A program made the position numbers and the translations under genes. Positions 1-11,805 of a DNA stretch of 64,000 nt are shown here, in pieces. The DNA comes from Galeopterus variegatus (taxonomy: Eukaryota): contig NW_007726576.1 in the NCBI RefSeq assembly GCF_000696425.1, positions 538,522 to 602,521 on the forward strand. Direction: 5' to 3'. The number at the start of each line of letters is the position of its first letter. Within the stretch, counting starts at the first letter, position 1. Below the pieces are notes generated by a model that saw only the letters and a program-made list of their open reading frames with translations, was not told the DNA's origin and did not search any database.

Positions 1-68
1 CCCTCGGCGGGAGCGCCACCACGCTTCCCAAGCGGCACACTATCTAGTGCGCCACCGGGCCGGCCCCC
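1..68 (-). mobile_element. t-SINE trimer, 5' portion (cut by window edge)
   Basis: Reverse complement of GGGCCGGCCCGGTGGCGCACTAG...GCTTGGGAAGCG...GCTCCCGCCGAGGG, the 5' end of the trimer family. Confidence 0.7.
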
Positions 69-150
69 ATAAGTGCCCTGTTTTATCAGATAAACTATAC
101 TAATGTTTTGGAGAGCTATCAGTAAGTTAGGTTTTTAAAAATGACATGCT

Positions 151-246
151 GGGCTGGCCTGTGGCTCACTTGGGTGAGTGTGGTGCTGACACCACCAAGT
201 GAAGGGTTAAGATCACCTTACTGGTCATCTTTAAAAAAAAAAAAAA
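151..246 (+). mobile_element. t-SINE monomer (tRNA-like unit, A14 tail)
   Basis: GGGCTGGCCTGTGGCTCACTTGGGTGAGTGTGGTGCTGACACCACCAAGTGAAGGGTTAAGATCACCTTACTGGTCATCTTT followed by A14. Confidence 0.75.
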
Positions 247-1147
247 GACGTGTTGAATGTTAACAGTTTGCCTTTATGAGAGGTATTATACTTAGTTCTA
301 TAGTGTATAGTATATAGTATATTCTTTTGTGATATAAAAGGAGGGCATTAGACTCAATTCCAAATCTCTTCCTTTTTTTTTTTTCCCCCCCAAATCCTTT
401 CCATTTAAAAAATTCTACAGAATAACAGTTCTCCAGGGATGAGAATGGGCGTTATTAATATTGATACCCTCCAATAGCTAACATGAATTTGTTTCTTAAG
501 TATTGAGAATAGGAAGAATCACAGAGTGAGTCCTCTAGAATAATTCCTGTCTTTGATATTTATATTGCAATCTCACTTTGAATTCACATCTTGTATTATT
601 TGGAAATACTGGGGGGAGAGGGGAAATATGTACTTTATTTACAAACCAAGAAGAATGGAGGCTCTAAGCTATATTTTAGATTAATCTAGGACTTACCAAA
701 GATTTAAAAATAGGTTAAAGTGTTCATTATCAAAGAATTATGGTTTGCTATTCAGTCAATTATGTATGAAAACTTCATAGCAAATGATTTATTAAAAATT
801 TTATATCCAGACCATAACGTTAAGCAATTGTATATACATTGTATGCATATTGTATACCCAGGGACTCGAATGACTTCAATCGCATTTTGCGATTTGAAAA
901 CCAAAAATATCCTTGGTCAGGGTTTTTTTTAATTCCACCTCATATTTCAGTATTCATTGTAACTGTGGAGTGTTACCTCCTCAAGTATGAATGTAGAATG
1001 AACAGTGTTTTGTTTCATCACATACTGTAGTTATTCGAGTTAACTTTATATTTGCCGTGGCTGTACTGGGAACTGTTGTAGGCACTGGGGATACAGCGGG
1101 AGTATACTCGCACGTTATTGTGCATTGGGGAAACAGACACATTCATT

Positions 1148-1402
1148 TTATTTTATTTATTTATTTATTTTTATTTTTTGTCTTTTGTCTTTTTCCGTGT
1201 CCGGCAACGGATCGCAACCCTCAGTGTTGCCCCCGCACCGGACCGGGGACCGGCAACGGGATTGCAACCCTCGGTGTTGCTCCCGCGCCTCGCTCAGCCA
1301 GTGAGCGGGAACCGGTCTGTATGTGGGATCCAAACCCTCGGGCGGGAGCGCCGCCGCGCTTCCCAAGCGGCGCACTTATTCAGTGCGCCACCGGGCCGGC
1401 CC
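1148..1402 (-). mobile_element. t-SINE trimer with target-site duplication
   Basis: Three tRNA-like units (rc of GGGCCGGCCCGGTGGCGCACTG...GGGTTTGGATCCCACATACAGACCGGTTCCCGCTCACTGGCTGAGCGAGG...GGGTTGCAATCCCGTTGCCGG...GGGTTGCGATCCGTTGCCGGACACGGAAAAAGACAAAAG) with an A/T-rich tail. Flanked by direct repeats ACACATTCATTTTA. Confidence 0.9.
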
Positions 1403-1688
1403 GACACATTCATTTTAGATAGGATGGTCAGGGAAGGCCTCTCTGAGGAGACATGAGCTGATACCTGCAAGATCAAAAGGGTAGGATTTGCAAAGTTAGA
1501 GGTATTGTAGGTGAGCCAGTTCCCAGATGAGGGGGTTATGATTTACAGCAAAGATGACAGGAAAATGTCTATGGCAGAAGCATTTCCCAACCTTGTTTTC
1601 ATTACTGCTCCTCCTGCAGAAGCCTTTTTACACGTTTTTTTTCTAATTGACCCCCCTCCATTGAAACCTTGACGACCAGGTAACTTCC

Positions 1689-1904
1689 TATGTCTCCTAA
1701 GTATTTGCTGTGTCTGTGCTTCATACATAAACAGAATAAGATTTTTGTTCTCTCTCTTCCCCCCCCAGCTTGTGGTCTCCCTCTTGGGGGCGATGCCCTA
1801 TGTCTCCTAAGTATTTGCTGTGTCTGTGCTTCATACATAAACAATAAGATTTTTGTTCTCTCTCTTCCCCCCCCAGCTTGTGGTCTCCCTCTTGGGGGCG
1901 ATGC
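1689..1904. repeat. tandem duplication, 2 x ~108 bp
   Basis: TATGTCTCCTAAGTATTTGCTGTGTCTGTGCTTCATACATAAACA(GA)ATAAGATTTTTGTTCTCTCTCTTCCCCCCCCAGCTTGTGGTCTCCCTCTTGGGGGCGATGC occurs twice head-to-tail, differing by a 2-bp indel. The track ORFs 1690..1938 (+) and 1602..1982 (-) show the internal peptide repeat. Confidence 0.85.
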
Positions 1905-3116
1905 TGCCCCGTTGAGAGTGCACGATGTAGAGCAGTGACCACCCAGAGCTGGGACTGTTGCCTGAATGGGATGGGAAGTCACTTGGAGAGTTTGGGCCAG
2001 GTAGTGATGTCATCTAGTTTATGTTTTAGAAAAGGATCATTTTAGGTGTTCACAGAGGACTGACTAGAGGAGAACCAGAATCCAAGCAGCTCGACCAATT
2101 AGATCATTAAGGGGAGATGGGAGGCGGTGGTGGCGTGGGCTGTAAAGATCAGTATTAGTAAACAGATGAATACATAAGAGGAGAGACAGTAAAGTGGATG
2201 TAGCTTTAATGGTCAGAAGTTAAGTATGTCTATGTATAATGTTGGTAAAAGCTCTGATTGAGAGATGCAGTGCGGGGCGGTATCAGGAGCTCTTGCTGAT
2301 GGGAGGAGGTTGCAATTTCAGATGACGAAGAAGCAGAAAAAGTTTGAGACACGAGATTTACTACTATATTTTATGGTTTTTCTTATGCATTGTTTTTGTG
2401 TTTTGTATTAATCTGGCTTGTACAGTCGTACTTTCTCAAATCTTGTAACCAATAAGATGGAATTTTGTACATTTTAATAGTGTGACTTTTTAAAACTCCC
2501 CTTCTGTTTTTAGACTTCAGTTTCTTTTTAGAAAATGTGTTGGCATCCTGTGTTAAGACAAGTCATTAAAGCATTTAACAATCAATATATTTTCATATAA
2601 ATACAGTTGTTGGGATACAGCTCTAATTCAGAAATAGGAGGATGTGCCAGGTGGAAGGACTGAGGTTGATCCTCTTGCCTCAATCACTGATTTCATTTAG
2701 CTCCTGGTTTCTCCTACATTTACATAGGTGATTGACACATAACAGTGCAGATTATACTTGTTTGATATTTGAGTGATTCCCCCCACAATATAACATTCTG
2801 CTGTTATTTAGTGCACGAGTATGTGATGAAACACAAGAAATGTTTTTCTGAATAAACTCATTTACATGTTATCTTCAATCAAGTAACAGTAAGGTAGTTT
2901 TAAGTATATGATGAAAAATAAGCTGTTGTATATTATTTGATAATTTGTTTCCAGTGTCTTTTCATGATAGGTGAACTAGTTGATACATTAAATAACTGTG
3001 GGACTTTGGGATGGGACAGTAATTTACTTGAAATATTGAACTTTTAAAATAGCGGGGAGGGTGTTCAGTTAAGTTAATAATAATCACCTGTTATCTTGAA
3101 CTAAAAAATGCGGTTT

Positions 3117-3306
3117 ATGCGCCGGCTCCGTGGCACACTTGGGAGAGTGCAGCGCTTGGGAGTGCAGCGGCGCTCCTGCCGCGGGTTTGGATCCTATATA
3201 GGGATGGCCGGTGTGCTCACTGGCTGAGCGCGGTGTGGGCAACACCAAGCCAAGGGTTGCGATCCCCTTACCAGTCACAGAAAAAGACAAAAAAAAAAAA
3301 AAAAAT
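3117..3306 (+). mobile_element. t-SINE, CTATATAGGG-class 2-unit variant, A18 tail, TSD
   Basis: GCGCCGGCTCCGTGGCACACTTGGGAGAGTGCAGCGCTTGGGAGTGCAGCGGCGCTCCTGCCGCGGGTTTGGATCCTATATAGGGATGGCCGGTGTGCTCACTGGCTGAGCGCGGTG...GGGTTGCGATCCCCTTACCAGTCACAGAAAAAGAC + A18. Flanking repeat AAAAAATGC(G/A)GTTTA. Confidence 0.8.
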
Positions 3307-3590
3307 GCAGTTTACTTTTACTGTAGTCCAACATAAAAGTACATCCCCCTTGCATCCTCAGTGAAAAAGGGTCTCTCTCTCCTTTCATTCAAAGGCCAGG
3401 AGAATGGTAGGTGTACTGTCACATAGTTAACTATTCTCTTAAGAATGGGGCTTCTGTATCTTTAATGTTCTGTTTTTTAAGACATCAGAAAAGTATATGC
3501 GGTATTGACTTTACATTTCTTACTATATGAAAAATGTCTCTACTCAGTGTTTACAATCTTAATTCAAATGTTTTTTCAATCTTAATTCAC

Positions 3591-3832
3591 GTTTTTTTTT
3601 TTTTTTTTTTTCCTTTTCGTCTTTTTTCGTGTCGGGCAATGGATCGCAACCCTCAGTGTCGCGCCCGTACCGGACCGGGACCGGCAACGGGATCGCAACC
3701 CTTGGTGTTGCGTCCGCACCTCGCTCAGCCAGTGAGCAGGAACCGGTCTGTATGTGGGATCCGAACCCTTGGCGGGAGCGCTGCCGTGCTCCCAAGCGAC
3801 GCACTGTAGCAGTACGCCACCGGGCCGGCCCT
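3591..3832 (-). mobile_element. t-SINE trimer, T23 tail, TSD CTTAATTCACG
   Basis: Full trimer in reverse orientation. Direct repeat CTTAATTCACG(T) at 3580-3590 and 3833-3843. Confidence 0.9.
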
Positions 3833-6046
3833 TAATTCACGTGTTTTGGTTTAAAGCCAAACACTCATGTGTACGAAATTCTTAACAGTTTTATTCTAAA
3901 ATAAAAGACAGACTACTATTGTCAAGGTTATGTCATATAGTCTTCGTTACAATTATGCTTTAAGATTTCAGTTGAGGGAAACTTTTCTTTTAATGCAATT
4001 ATTGGTTGGTCTTTTTTTTCTTATTTGGCAGTGTCACTTGGAGACAGCTGGTTTTCAGAACCAGAAACTATTAAGTTCTTCTGTCTTTGTGTGTCAACTT
4101 TTCGAGTCTTCACAGATTTTTAAATCCATATTATGAGTATCACTGAATGGATATATTTGTGCAGTAGTTCATTGTGATTCTTTTATTAAGGTTGATCACA
4201 ATGCAGTATACAATAAACCTTGTCTTGTTTGTAAGACTACCTCTTTAAACATAACTCTAGTGATTGTTTTTGAATACTGAATATACAGATATTAAGATAG
4301 CCACCCTTTTAAAGACAACTAGAACCTGACTAAATTCTGGAGATTACCTTTCTGGGTTTCAATAAAGTTAATGTTCTACAAATTGCAGATTCACATTTCT
4401 GAAAAGTTGAGAAGGCTTAAGCTTTTTTTTCCTTAAGTTTTTAGTAGACCAGGTGTCATGTCACAGAAAAATTAATTCCTGTTGTCCAAGTTCAGTTTTT
4501 GGTTCCATTTATTTTCCTTGTCTGACTTAACATTACCAAAGGCATACATATAGAATCAATATACTTATGAAACCAATTTAAGAATGCAAATGAGCTTAGA
4601 AGCAGATCCTCAACAAGTATTTTGTGCAGTAGAATGCCAGTTGCTGGTGGAAATATAAAAAATAATTCGTTGATTTATGGGCATGCCTTGTTTCAAAAAT
4701 TATTGTTTTTTTAATGGGACCATGGGCCCTGTTGGATCATGGAGGTGCATTAGTAGATCTATGAATCTCCTTAAATTATATGTAAAATTTTGTGTTCATA
4801 CATTTTGCACGAATATTTTACATACCTTTTTGGGGGGTTGGCCGGAGTTCATACTTCATTCAATTTTCAGGTGAATTTGAGACCCAGATGGGTTTTCAAA
4901 ACAATACTGATTTGTGTAGTGATTTCCAATATCTTGTAATGATGTACCCCTAACAGTTTTTAAAAAACTGAGCACAAATCTTTATGATTGTGTTTATTTC
5001 TAAATTGCAATTGTGTACTTTGTATTAACATTTTAGGTGTGTAATAAAACACATTTTATAAGGATAAGACAACAGTAAACATAAACCTGTTGCCTAGTGA
5101 AAAATCTTGGGCGCACTGTTTGGAAAACACTGATCCAAGGTATTACTAGGGTAAGAGAGTCTTTTTCTGATGGAGCACAACAGACATTTGTATGCCCTGC
5201 CTTAGTCCAAATAGAATAAGATTTTGGGAGGAATTAGGATTCTTTGTAGGGTTTAAAGCTCTGTTGTGCTGAGCGACCAACAATGCATACAAGAGAGCCT
5301 ATGGAAATAATAAAAGGAAGGATTTAGTGAAATAGATGCTTAAGAACATATTTTAAGTCATCATCAGATTTGGAAATTAGGGTATAGGATTCAATAGTGC
5401 CTACCTAATTCCAAAAGATAAAATTAAGCTGACAAGTCGGTTGATGTTCTTTGAGGAAATGGGGAATATTTTGAATTAAAAGGAAGATCCTTACTAAATT
5501 GAAATACATAATCCTTACTCAATGGAAATAGTTAAAACATGGAGCACAAGATGGTATCTTAACCTTGATTCCTGTTAAGAACTTTGAGATGAGTTAACAC
5601 TTGTTTTTTAATTAATCATTGAAAGTTGTTTTTAGAACACTAAATCTGTCTTTATAATGTCCCTAGGATGATAAAAGAAAACATGGGTGAAGCTACCAAA
5701 AGTTCATCTTCCAGTGTAATTCAGAAGAGTTTAAAGACCAGGAATGCTGGAATCATACTTCTTTCAGGTCAGTCAGCATCTGTTCATTAATTTTTGACAG
5801 TTCGAATATTCATTTCTTCTTAGTTTCCTTTAGTCATTCTTACTGATTCTGATTCTGTTGACTATAATGGGAAGGTCCCAGTGTTTTGAGTTAGAGTATT
5901 TGTGAATAGTTTGTGGCTGAAGCAGAAATCGCTATGGCGCTCCACCTGTCCTGATATGGAAACCCTGGGGTCATAGCTAAGGGGATTTTAACTCCAAACT
6001 GCCCTCTTTTGGCATTGGTAGTAATGTGTACACTGATTTGTTTAAA

Positions 6047-6112
6047 TTTTTGGCAGCTGACTGGTACAGGGATCGAACCTTGGACCTTGGTGTTATCAAC
6101 TGGACTAAGGAG
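6047..6112 (-). mobile_element. t-SINE monomer fragment
   Basis: TTTTTGGCAGCTGACTGGTACAGGGATCGAACCTTGGACCTTGGTGTTATCAAC is the rc of the 3' half of the Ile-tRNA-like unit. 5' part missing. Confidence 0.5.
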
Positions 6113-6669
6113 AAATGATATATTAAAGAAGTGTAATTTACAAAGGAAAAAAAAATTCTCAAGTTTTTGGGTTTTTAGTGATCCCAAACTAATTTTAGTC
6201 TTACATTCCTTTGGAAAGTGTGTAATCTTAAAAATGGCATAATTTTATAAAATCAGATCCATGCTAGAAATACTAGTTCCATTCCTCCTTCTCTGCTGTC
6301 TACTCTTTGGATGAAGGGGTCCCAATTTTTCTTTTTCTTTTTTTGTTATGTCAGACATAAAATTTTATAGAAACACATTAATATATTTATGACAAAACCC
6401 AAGTGAGTATATTGTCATCCTAATACATCCAGAAAGTATTATTTTAAGCATTTTTCTTTCCTAGCCACCTTATCTGGTGGTGATAAACATTATTCTGTCT
6501 TGACACGACAGGTGTGGTCCTGGGGGCCAAGAGTGACAGCATTGTCTTAGAGCTTGTTGGAAATGCAGGATTTCCAAGTAGGACACAGAGAACTGCTGAG
6601 TTAGAATGTTCATTTTAACATGACCTTAAGGGATTTCTGTGCACACTGTTTGAGAAGCACTTACGTACC

Positions 6670-6769
6670 TTTTTTAAAAAGATGACCGGTAAGGGGATCT
6701 TAACCCAAGACTTGGTGTTGTCAGCACCACGTTCTCCCAAGTGAGCCATGGGCCAGCCCTGGGATGTTT
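6670..6769 (-). mobile_element. t-SINE monomer
   Basis: rc of GGGCTGGCCCATGGCTCACTTGGGAGAACGTGGTGCTGACAACACCAAGTCTTGGGTTAAGATCCCCTTACCGGTCATCTTTTTAAAAAA. Confidence 0.75.
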
Positions 6770-7640
6770 GTATTCTATGGACATTTTGTTTGGATTAAAT
6801 ATGTAGATCCCTTACTTAAAATTTGAAGGAATAATCTCAGAATCTATGGGTAAGGGAAAAATGTAATGTACATAGGCTATCTACGGCACAAATCAGAGAG
6901 GGGACATTTTATAATTGTCAAGTAGCTCTGTCATTGGAACTTTACGATTTCAAAGTTAATTTTGGTTAAAAATGTGAATGCTGTTATTTTAAAATAGCTG
7001 CTTTTCATTATAGATTTCTAGTAAAGTCAGTGAAAGGAAACACTGGTTGATTCCAAGAAGATATGTAAGGGAAGTTAAATTATTAAAATGCCAAACACAC
7101 ATTTAAAATTCTAACAGATGTGACAAGCACTGAATCTGCTTTTATTACAGTTAAGAAATAGCTATTTCCATGGCAGTTTCCTTAGTTTAAAACATTCAGT
7201 ACCTTCAGGCTCTCCTTTAAAACAAGTAGTTCTCACTTTGAAAAGTGTGGCAGAATCCCTGGAGAGTTTGTTTTAACACTTGACTGTTTAGCCCTTTTGG
7301 ATTTAGGACTGAGAATTTGCATTTCTAACAAGTTTCCAGGTGCAGTTCCCAGGTGGGATCACCTTTGGAGAATCACTGCTTTCTAATGAATTTAACTTTT
7401 CAGGTACTTAGGTAATCTCTATAAAAGTTCACTTAATATCAGGTGTACAAGAAACTGGACTAGAGAAAGAATATTTCTGTAGGTTAAATTTATTAATTCA
7501 TTTCTTGAATTCTTTTTAGGTCTGCTGCTCAGTGATTCTGGTCCAACAGATTATTTTATGACTGAAACCTCTTTCTTCATTCTCTAGAAAAATATATTAT
7601 GGATATTAGTTCTCATTTACCAATGAAGAAAGACCTGTCT

Positions 7641-7867
7641 TTTTTTTTTTTTTCCTTTTTGTCTTTTTTCGTGACCGGCAACGGATCACAACCCTCAGTG
7701 TCGCGCCCGTACCGGACCGGGACCGGCAACGGGATCGCAACCCTCGGTGTCGCGCTCGCACCTCGCTCAGTGAGCGGCCGGTCTGTATGTGGGATCTGAA
7801 CCCTCGGCGGGAGCCCCACCGCGCTCCTAAGCGGTGCACTGTAGCAGTGCGCCACTGGGCCGGCCCC
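7641..7867 (-). mobile_element. t-SINE trimer, TSD AAAGACCTGTCTT
   Basis: Full trimer in reverse orientation. Direct repeat AAAGACCTGTCTT at 7628-7640 and 7868-7880. Confidence 0.9.
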
Positions 7868-9075
7868 AAAGACCTGTCTTTTTCACGTCAAAATTTTCGT
7901 GAGAAAAATGCCTTTGACACAGGAGAAACAAGCTAGAAAACAAGTCTTTTTAATGCATTTATATACACAAGTTATGGATATGTGAGCAAACATAACATTT
8001 TACATTTTAAAACATGCCTCGGGCACATTTTCTGTGGTTAAAATGCTGTCTGGAATAGTAAAATTATTATTTTGTTAGATCACTCATCAGGCAGAAGTTT
8101 CCATTTTTTAGTTAGGGTTTTTGTTTTTGTAAAGGATTTAAGATGTTGTCTACTCTGTGTGGTGGTGGTTTTACTGGTTGAAAAGTATTATGGTAGCAGC
8201 CCACAAATTGAGAATAATCAACCACCTTTCCAATTTCCTGTAACTGGGAACTAGTAGAGGGTTTTTACCATCCTCTACCCCACAATTTTGGGTCATTCCT
8301 CACAATAGGAACTAATAAATGTGGCATTGTTGGGAGAAAAATCATGGTTTTACTAACGCTGTGTGACTTGGCTCAAGGCAAGCAAGTAATGGGGGTCATG
8401 AGCAAAACAGATAGGATGTGCTGTAGTGATTATTTTCTTCTTCCAGCTGGGAATCTGGATACCAGGATGCTCAGGATGACCGTCCAGACGGAAAGATGGT
8501 AACTTCCCGATCTTTAAAAAAAATTGGTCATGATGGAACTGTGCAGCCTCACTGTCATTACGTATTTGCAGTTTAACTAGTAAGTAAGGCTCATCCATAC
8601 TTGGAGGGAGAAGTTGGGTCTAGAAATCCCAGCCTCACTTTTTAAAGGAGCATCATCTGCAGGTCAGAAGACAAGGAGAGAGCAGCATGGATTCCACCAC
8701 TGGTCCTGTCTGAAGTTATGTCACAATAGCTAACAAAGCTTAAACTTTAAACTTTTAACGATGTCAAGGGTTTGTATCTCCGTACTGGCTAACCAACAAA
8801 AAACAAGAAAATTCTTTATCTTATGTTATTTCATCTCATGAATCAGTTTTTTTATACTCTATTTTAGGTGTCCTGCTTTTGCCTCTGTTTTGTGAATCAT
8901 CTTCCTGAGCTTTTTTATATCTCCCAGTTTTTATTCTAAGCAACTATCCTTTCATGTTAAGGGCTTTATCAGGCCCTTTCTGATTGTTAACATTCTGGCT
9001 TAAGTACATTTGAGATGGTGGTTAACTTTGAAGGCTGCCCAGTATGCTGCATATAAACATAGTAAAAAGTAGAAT

Positions 9076-9190
9076 TTTTTTTTTTTTTTGTCCTTTTGAC
9101 CGGCTGTGAGCGCACCGGTCATCCCTATATAGGATCCAAACCCTGCGCTCCCAGCGCTGCACTCTCCCAAGTGTGCCATGGGCTCGGCCC
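9076..9190 (-). mobile_element. t-SINE, CTATATAGGG-class
   Basis: rc of GGGCCGAGCCCATGGCACACTTGGGAGAGTGCAGCGCTGGGAGCGCAGGGTTTGGATCCTATATAGGGATGACCGGTGCGCTCACAGCCGGTCAAAAGGAC + A16. Confidence 0.8.
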
Positions 9191-9639
9191 AAAAAGAATT
9201 TAAAAAGGAGTATCTGAGTCTCAAATTAAAACCTCCTGATCAGTCTACTGAATAAAATTCTACACATTTCAGAATCAAGATAGGATTGACTTAAGATGGT
9301 GAATAAGGTAGAATAATTTTATATTCCTGGACTGAAACCAAACTCCTCATATCTAATCATAGCTATTCAACATTTATTGAGTCCCTCTTTTCAGTACTAG
9401 GCAGGCTTTGCAGATAAAAAACGTGCAATTCTCATATACACTCGAAAGGAATAATGGCAGAGGAAAGATGACAGTTTTAAAGTTAGAATGAAATTGAAGT
9501 AAATTATCTGTGCTAATTGCTTTTTAGTGAATGTGGTTATTTGTGGTGGACTGCTTACTCCTAAGATCATCTGTGAGACAGTAAACCTGTTACATGTGTT
9601 GTACTGTGCACACTTTCTTGACTATGAGGGTACTTCCAA

Positions 9640-9700
9640 CTCCTACTTTTAATTCCATTTTTGCATGAACTTTCTGAAGTACCTTGTACAAGGAGATTGC
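9640..9700. repeat. copy 1 (partial, right arm) of a short palindromic interspersed element
   Basis: TTTTAATTCCATTTTTGCATGAACTTTCTGAAGTACC matches the right arm ...TTTTAATTCTATTTTTCCATGAACTTTTTGAAGTACCCTC of copies at 10440, 12215 and 16535. Confidence 0.4.
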
Positions 9701-10439
9701 TTTGGCCTTGACTTGTAGTTCTAAGCATGTCCATAAATCTTTTAGTAAGGTGCTGCTGGAGAACTGCCTTGTTTCCCAAAGGAATCACTGCTCACTACCC
9801 CCCCCCCAACATTCTATTTATTAATGTGCTAAAGCAGCATTAGCTACAGTGCCTGACAGGGAACCTCCTCACCAGCAAGAAGCCTCTTGAGGGTAGTTTC
9901 TAGCTGATTCGAGTCCTCTTCATCCTTAAGAAACCGGAACTTTTATCATTTACTTATTTTTATTCACCCCCGCAAAAACAAATGGATTTTTTTACGGCTG
10001 TAGAGAAGCTATGGGTTAGAGCGAAACAATGCAAAAATAAAGCTGCATGGCTCATGTCACACTGCTCCTAGAAGGCATATAACTGTGCTTACACAAAGAA
10101 GTTACTGGCACATCTGGTAAAAGCTGACATACAGATAACAGAGATAGTGTTACTCCAAGTTATTGCAAATTTTCATTAATCAGTAATTCTCACCTATTAC
10201 AGATTTCATCCTTGCTGACTTTGCATAGCTTCCATATTTCTCAGCCTAAACTACTAAAGGAACTGTGTGCAGGTTTTGTACTTGATTTCTATCTTACACT
10301 GCTTTGCCTCCTTGATACAACAGCAGGTCACCTTCTGTGTTCCTATTAAGCTGTTCATCATAGGCATGATTTTCAGATAACAGAATTAAAAAAAAAAAAA
10401 AACCTCATTTCTCTATTCAAGAGTACTTGAGAAAACTCA

Positions 10440-10500
10440 TGGAAAGAATGTATTACCTTTTAATTCTATTTTTCCATGAACTTTTTGAAGTACCCTCCTA
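10440..10500. repeat. copy 2 of the short palindromic interspersed element
   Basis: CATGGAAAGAATGTATTACCTTTTAATTCTATTTTTCCATGAACTTTTTGAAGTACCCTCC. The arms GTACTTCAAAAAGTTCATGG / CCATGAACTTTTTGAAGTAC are exact reverse complements. Confidence 0.45.
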
Positions 10501-11084
10501 TGTAGTTGACTACTTGTCTCCTCCCTTTCTGCTCCTACCTGCACTGTTGTTAACTCATCTTATAACTACTACTTCCAGAAAGCTGTGAAGTCAGAGTACT
10601 GGTATGTGACACAATTTAGTTGAAAAAGTCCAATCCCAACCATCATTTAACTGAAAAAACCCCACACGTTTCACGTCCATTTTGTTTTGAAGCCTTGAGA
10701 CTTGACACAAAGGAAAAGTAAAACCAACATCTTCGTGTTTTACTGAGAAAACTACGGGAAAAGGCCGTTTAGGATTTAAAGTAAAAATAGTTCTCTGAAA
10801 TGTCTATACAGTGTATGTGGGCGTATCATTGTAATGTGACATTCTGAAAAACTTTCATTAAAATTGCATTTAATGCACTTATAAGCTATTGAACTAAACA
10901 ACGTCCAGCTTTTCGAATACTCCAGACTGAGCTTGATTTATGAGTGTTTGCCAAATATTTCTTCAGAGCATGTAAGAGTGAGACTTTGCTAGCCAGTGTT
11001 CAAAACAAGGACACAGGATCTGGCTTTTCAAAATTATTTGGTAGTGTTCATAATATCCTGATTTACAATCATGCTACATCTTAG

Positions 11085-11180
11085 ATTTTTATTTATTTAT
11101 TCATTTTTGGCAGCTGGCCAGTAACAGGGATTGAACCCTGTACCTTGGTGTTATAACCCAACTGAGCTAACCAGCCAGCC
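11085..11180 (-). mobile_element. t-SINE monomer (tRNA-Ile-like)
   Basis: rc of GGCTGGCTGGTTAGCTCAGTTGGGTTATAACACCAAGGTACAGGGTTCAATCCCTGTTACTGGCCAGCTGCCAAAAATG; A and B boxes recognisable. Confidence 0.8.
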
Positions 11181-11350
11181 GTCTTGTTACTTTTTGGAAG
11201 GATAATCAATAACTGCATGTTTATAACATTATTGCCAACTCTGCCCTTTCTGCTCAGGGGATGTGTGGCAAGGGCATATTAGAAAAAGATTCAAACTCCT
11301 CTGAAATCACCACATTAATTACTCATCCTTCTAGGGCAGCAAATCCACAC

Positions 11351-11356
11351 TTTATT
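11351..11356 (-). promoter_or_regulatory. MPHOSPH8: candidate polyadenylation signal (AATAAA on minus strand) for MPHOSPH8
   Basis: Plus-strand TTTATT at 11351-11356 gives minus-strand AATAAA about 410 nt downstream of the stop. A second candidate (plus TTTATT near 9967) would give a UTR of about 1.8 kb. Which is used cannot be decided from sequence. Confidence 0.3.
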
Positions 11357-11763
11357 CAGTGCCTGGGTAACCTGAATAGAACGTGGCTCCCTTCCTGTAA
11401 GCACATGCTTTACTCTTGACTTTAAAGACACAAATTCACCAAGGTTAGTAGAAATCTCAAGTTAAGGAGTCTTTCCTTTAGTGTTCTTAAATAATCCTCA
11501 TATGTACCATTCCACATTGTGGAAAAATTGAAATATGCAGTATGGACCCAAGTTGAGATACTGGCACAAATACTTATATTTTATAATATCTTGGAGCCAC
11601 CATATCCCATTTTACAGACTATAACAGATGGCAGGATTAAACTGCAAGAGGTTTACAGATGAAACTTTACATTTGAAAGTTTTAGGTGTGCCAGAAGAAT
11701 TCCAAACTGCTTGGAAGAGAGCATTTAGGAATCGGTCTGAAAATGATTCCACCCATCATTTGG

Positions 11764-11805
11764 TCACTGCAGCTGCACTCTGTATGCACCGATGAGCAGC
11801 TTCAC
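11764..11805 (-). CDS. MPHOSPH8: MPHOSPH8 terminal coding exon (CDS part, including stop)
   Basis: Acceptor CTCTCTCCACAG|GTG (AG at 11807-11806). Translation VKLLIGAYRVQLQ then TGA (11766-11764). The 3' UTR continues to lower coordinates. Confidence 0.85.
   Translation of the reverse strand: MKLLIGAYRVQLQ

Noticed and set aside
1057-1456. Track ORFs of 100-140 aa rich in A/P/R/G (e.g. 1057..1422+, 1118..1456+, 3534..3809+, 7606..7869-, 23764..24186-, 36879..37217-, 47012..47407-)
   Set aside because: All lie entirely within GC-rich t-SINE trimers; their peptides are just translations of the SINE consensus in different frames.
1-11000. PSPC1 3' terminal exon expected by human synteny
   Set aside because: No plus-strand reading frame resembling the PSPC1 C-terminus was found by eye. 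Human gene order is from memory and may not apply. It needs a TBLASTN that I cannot run.
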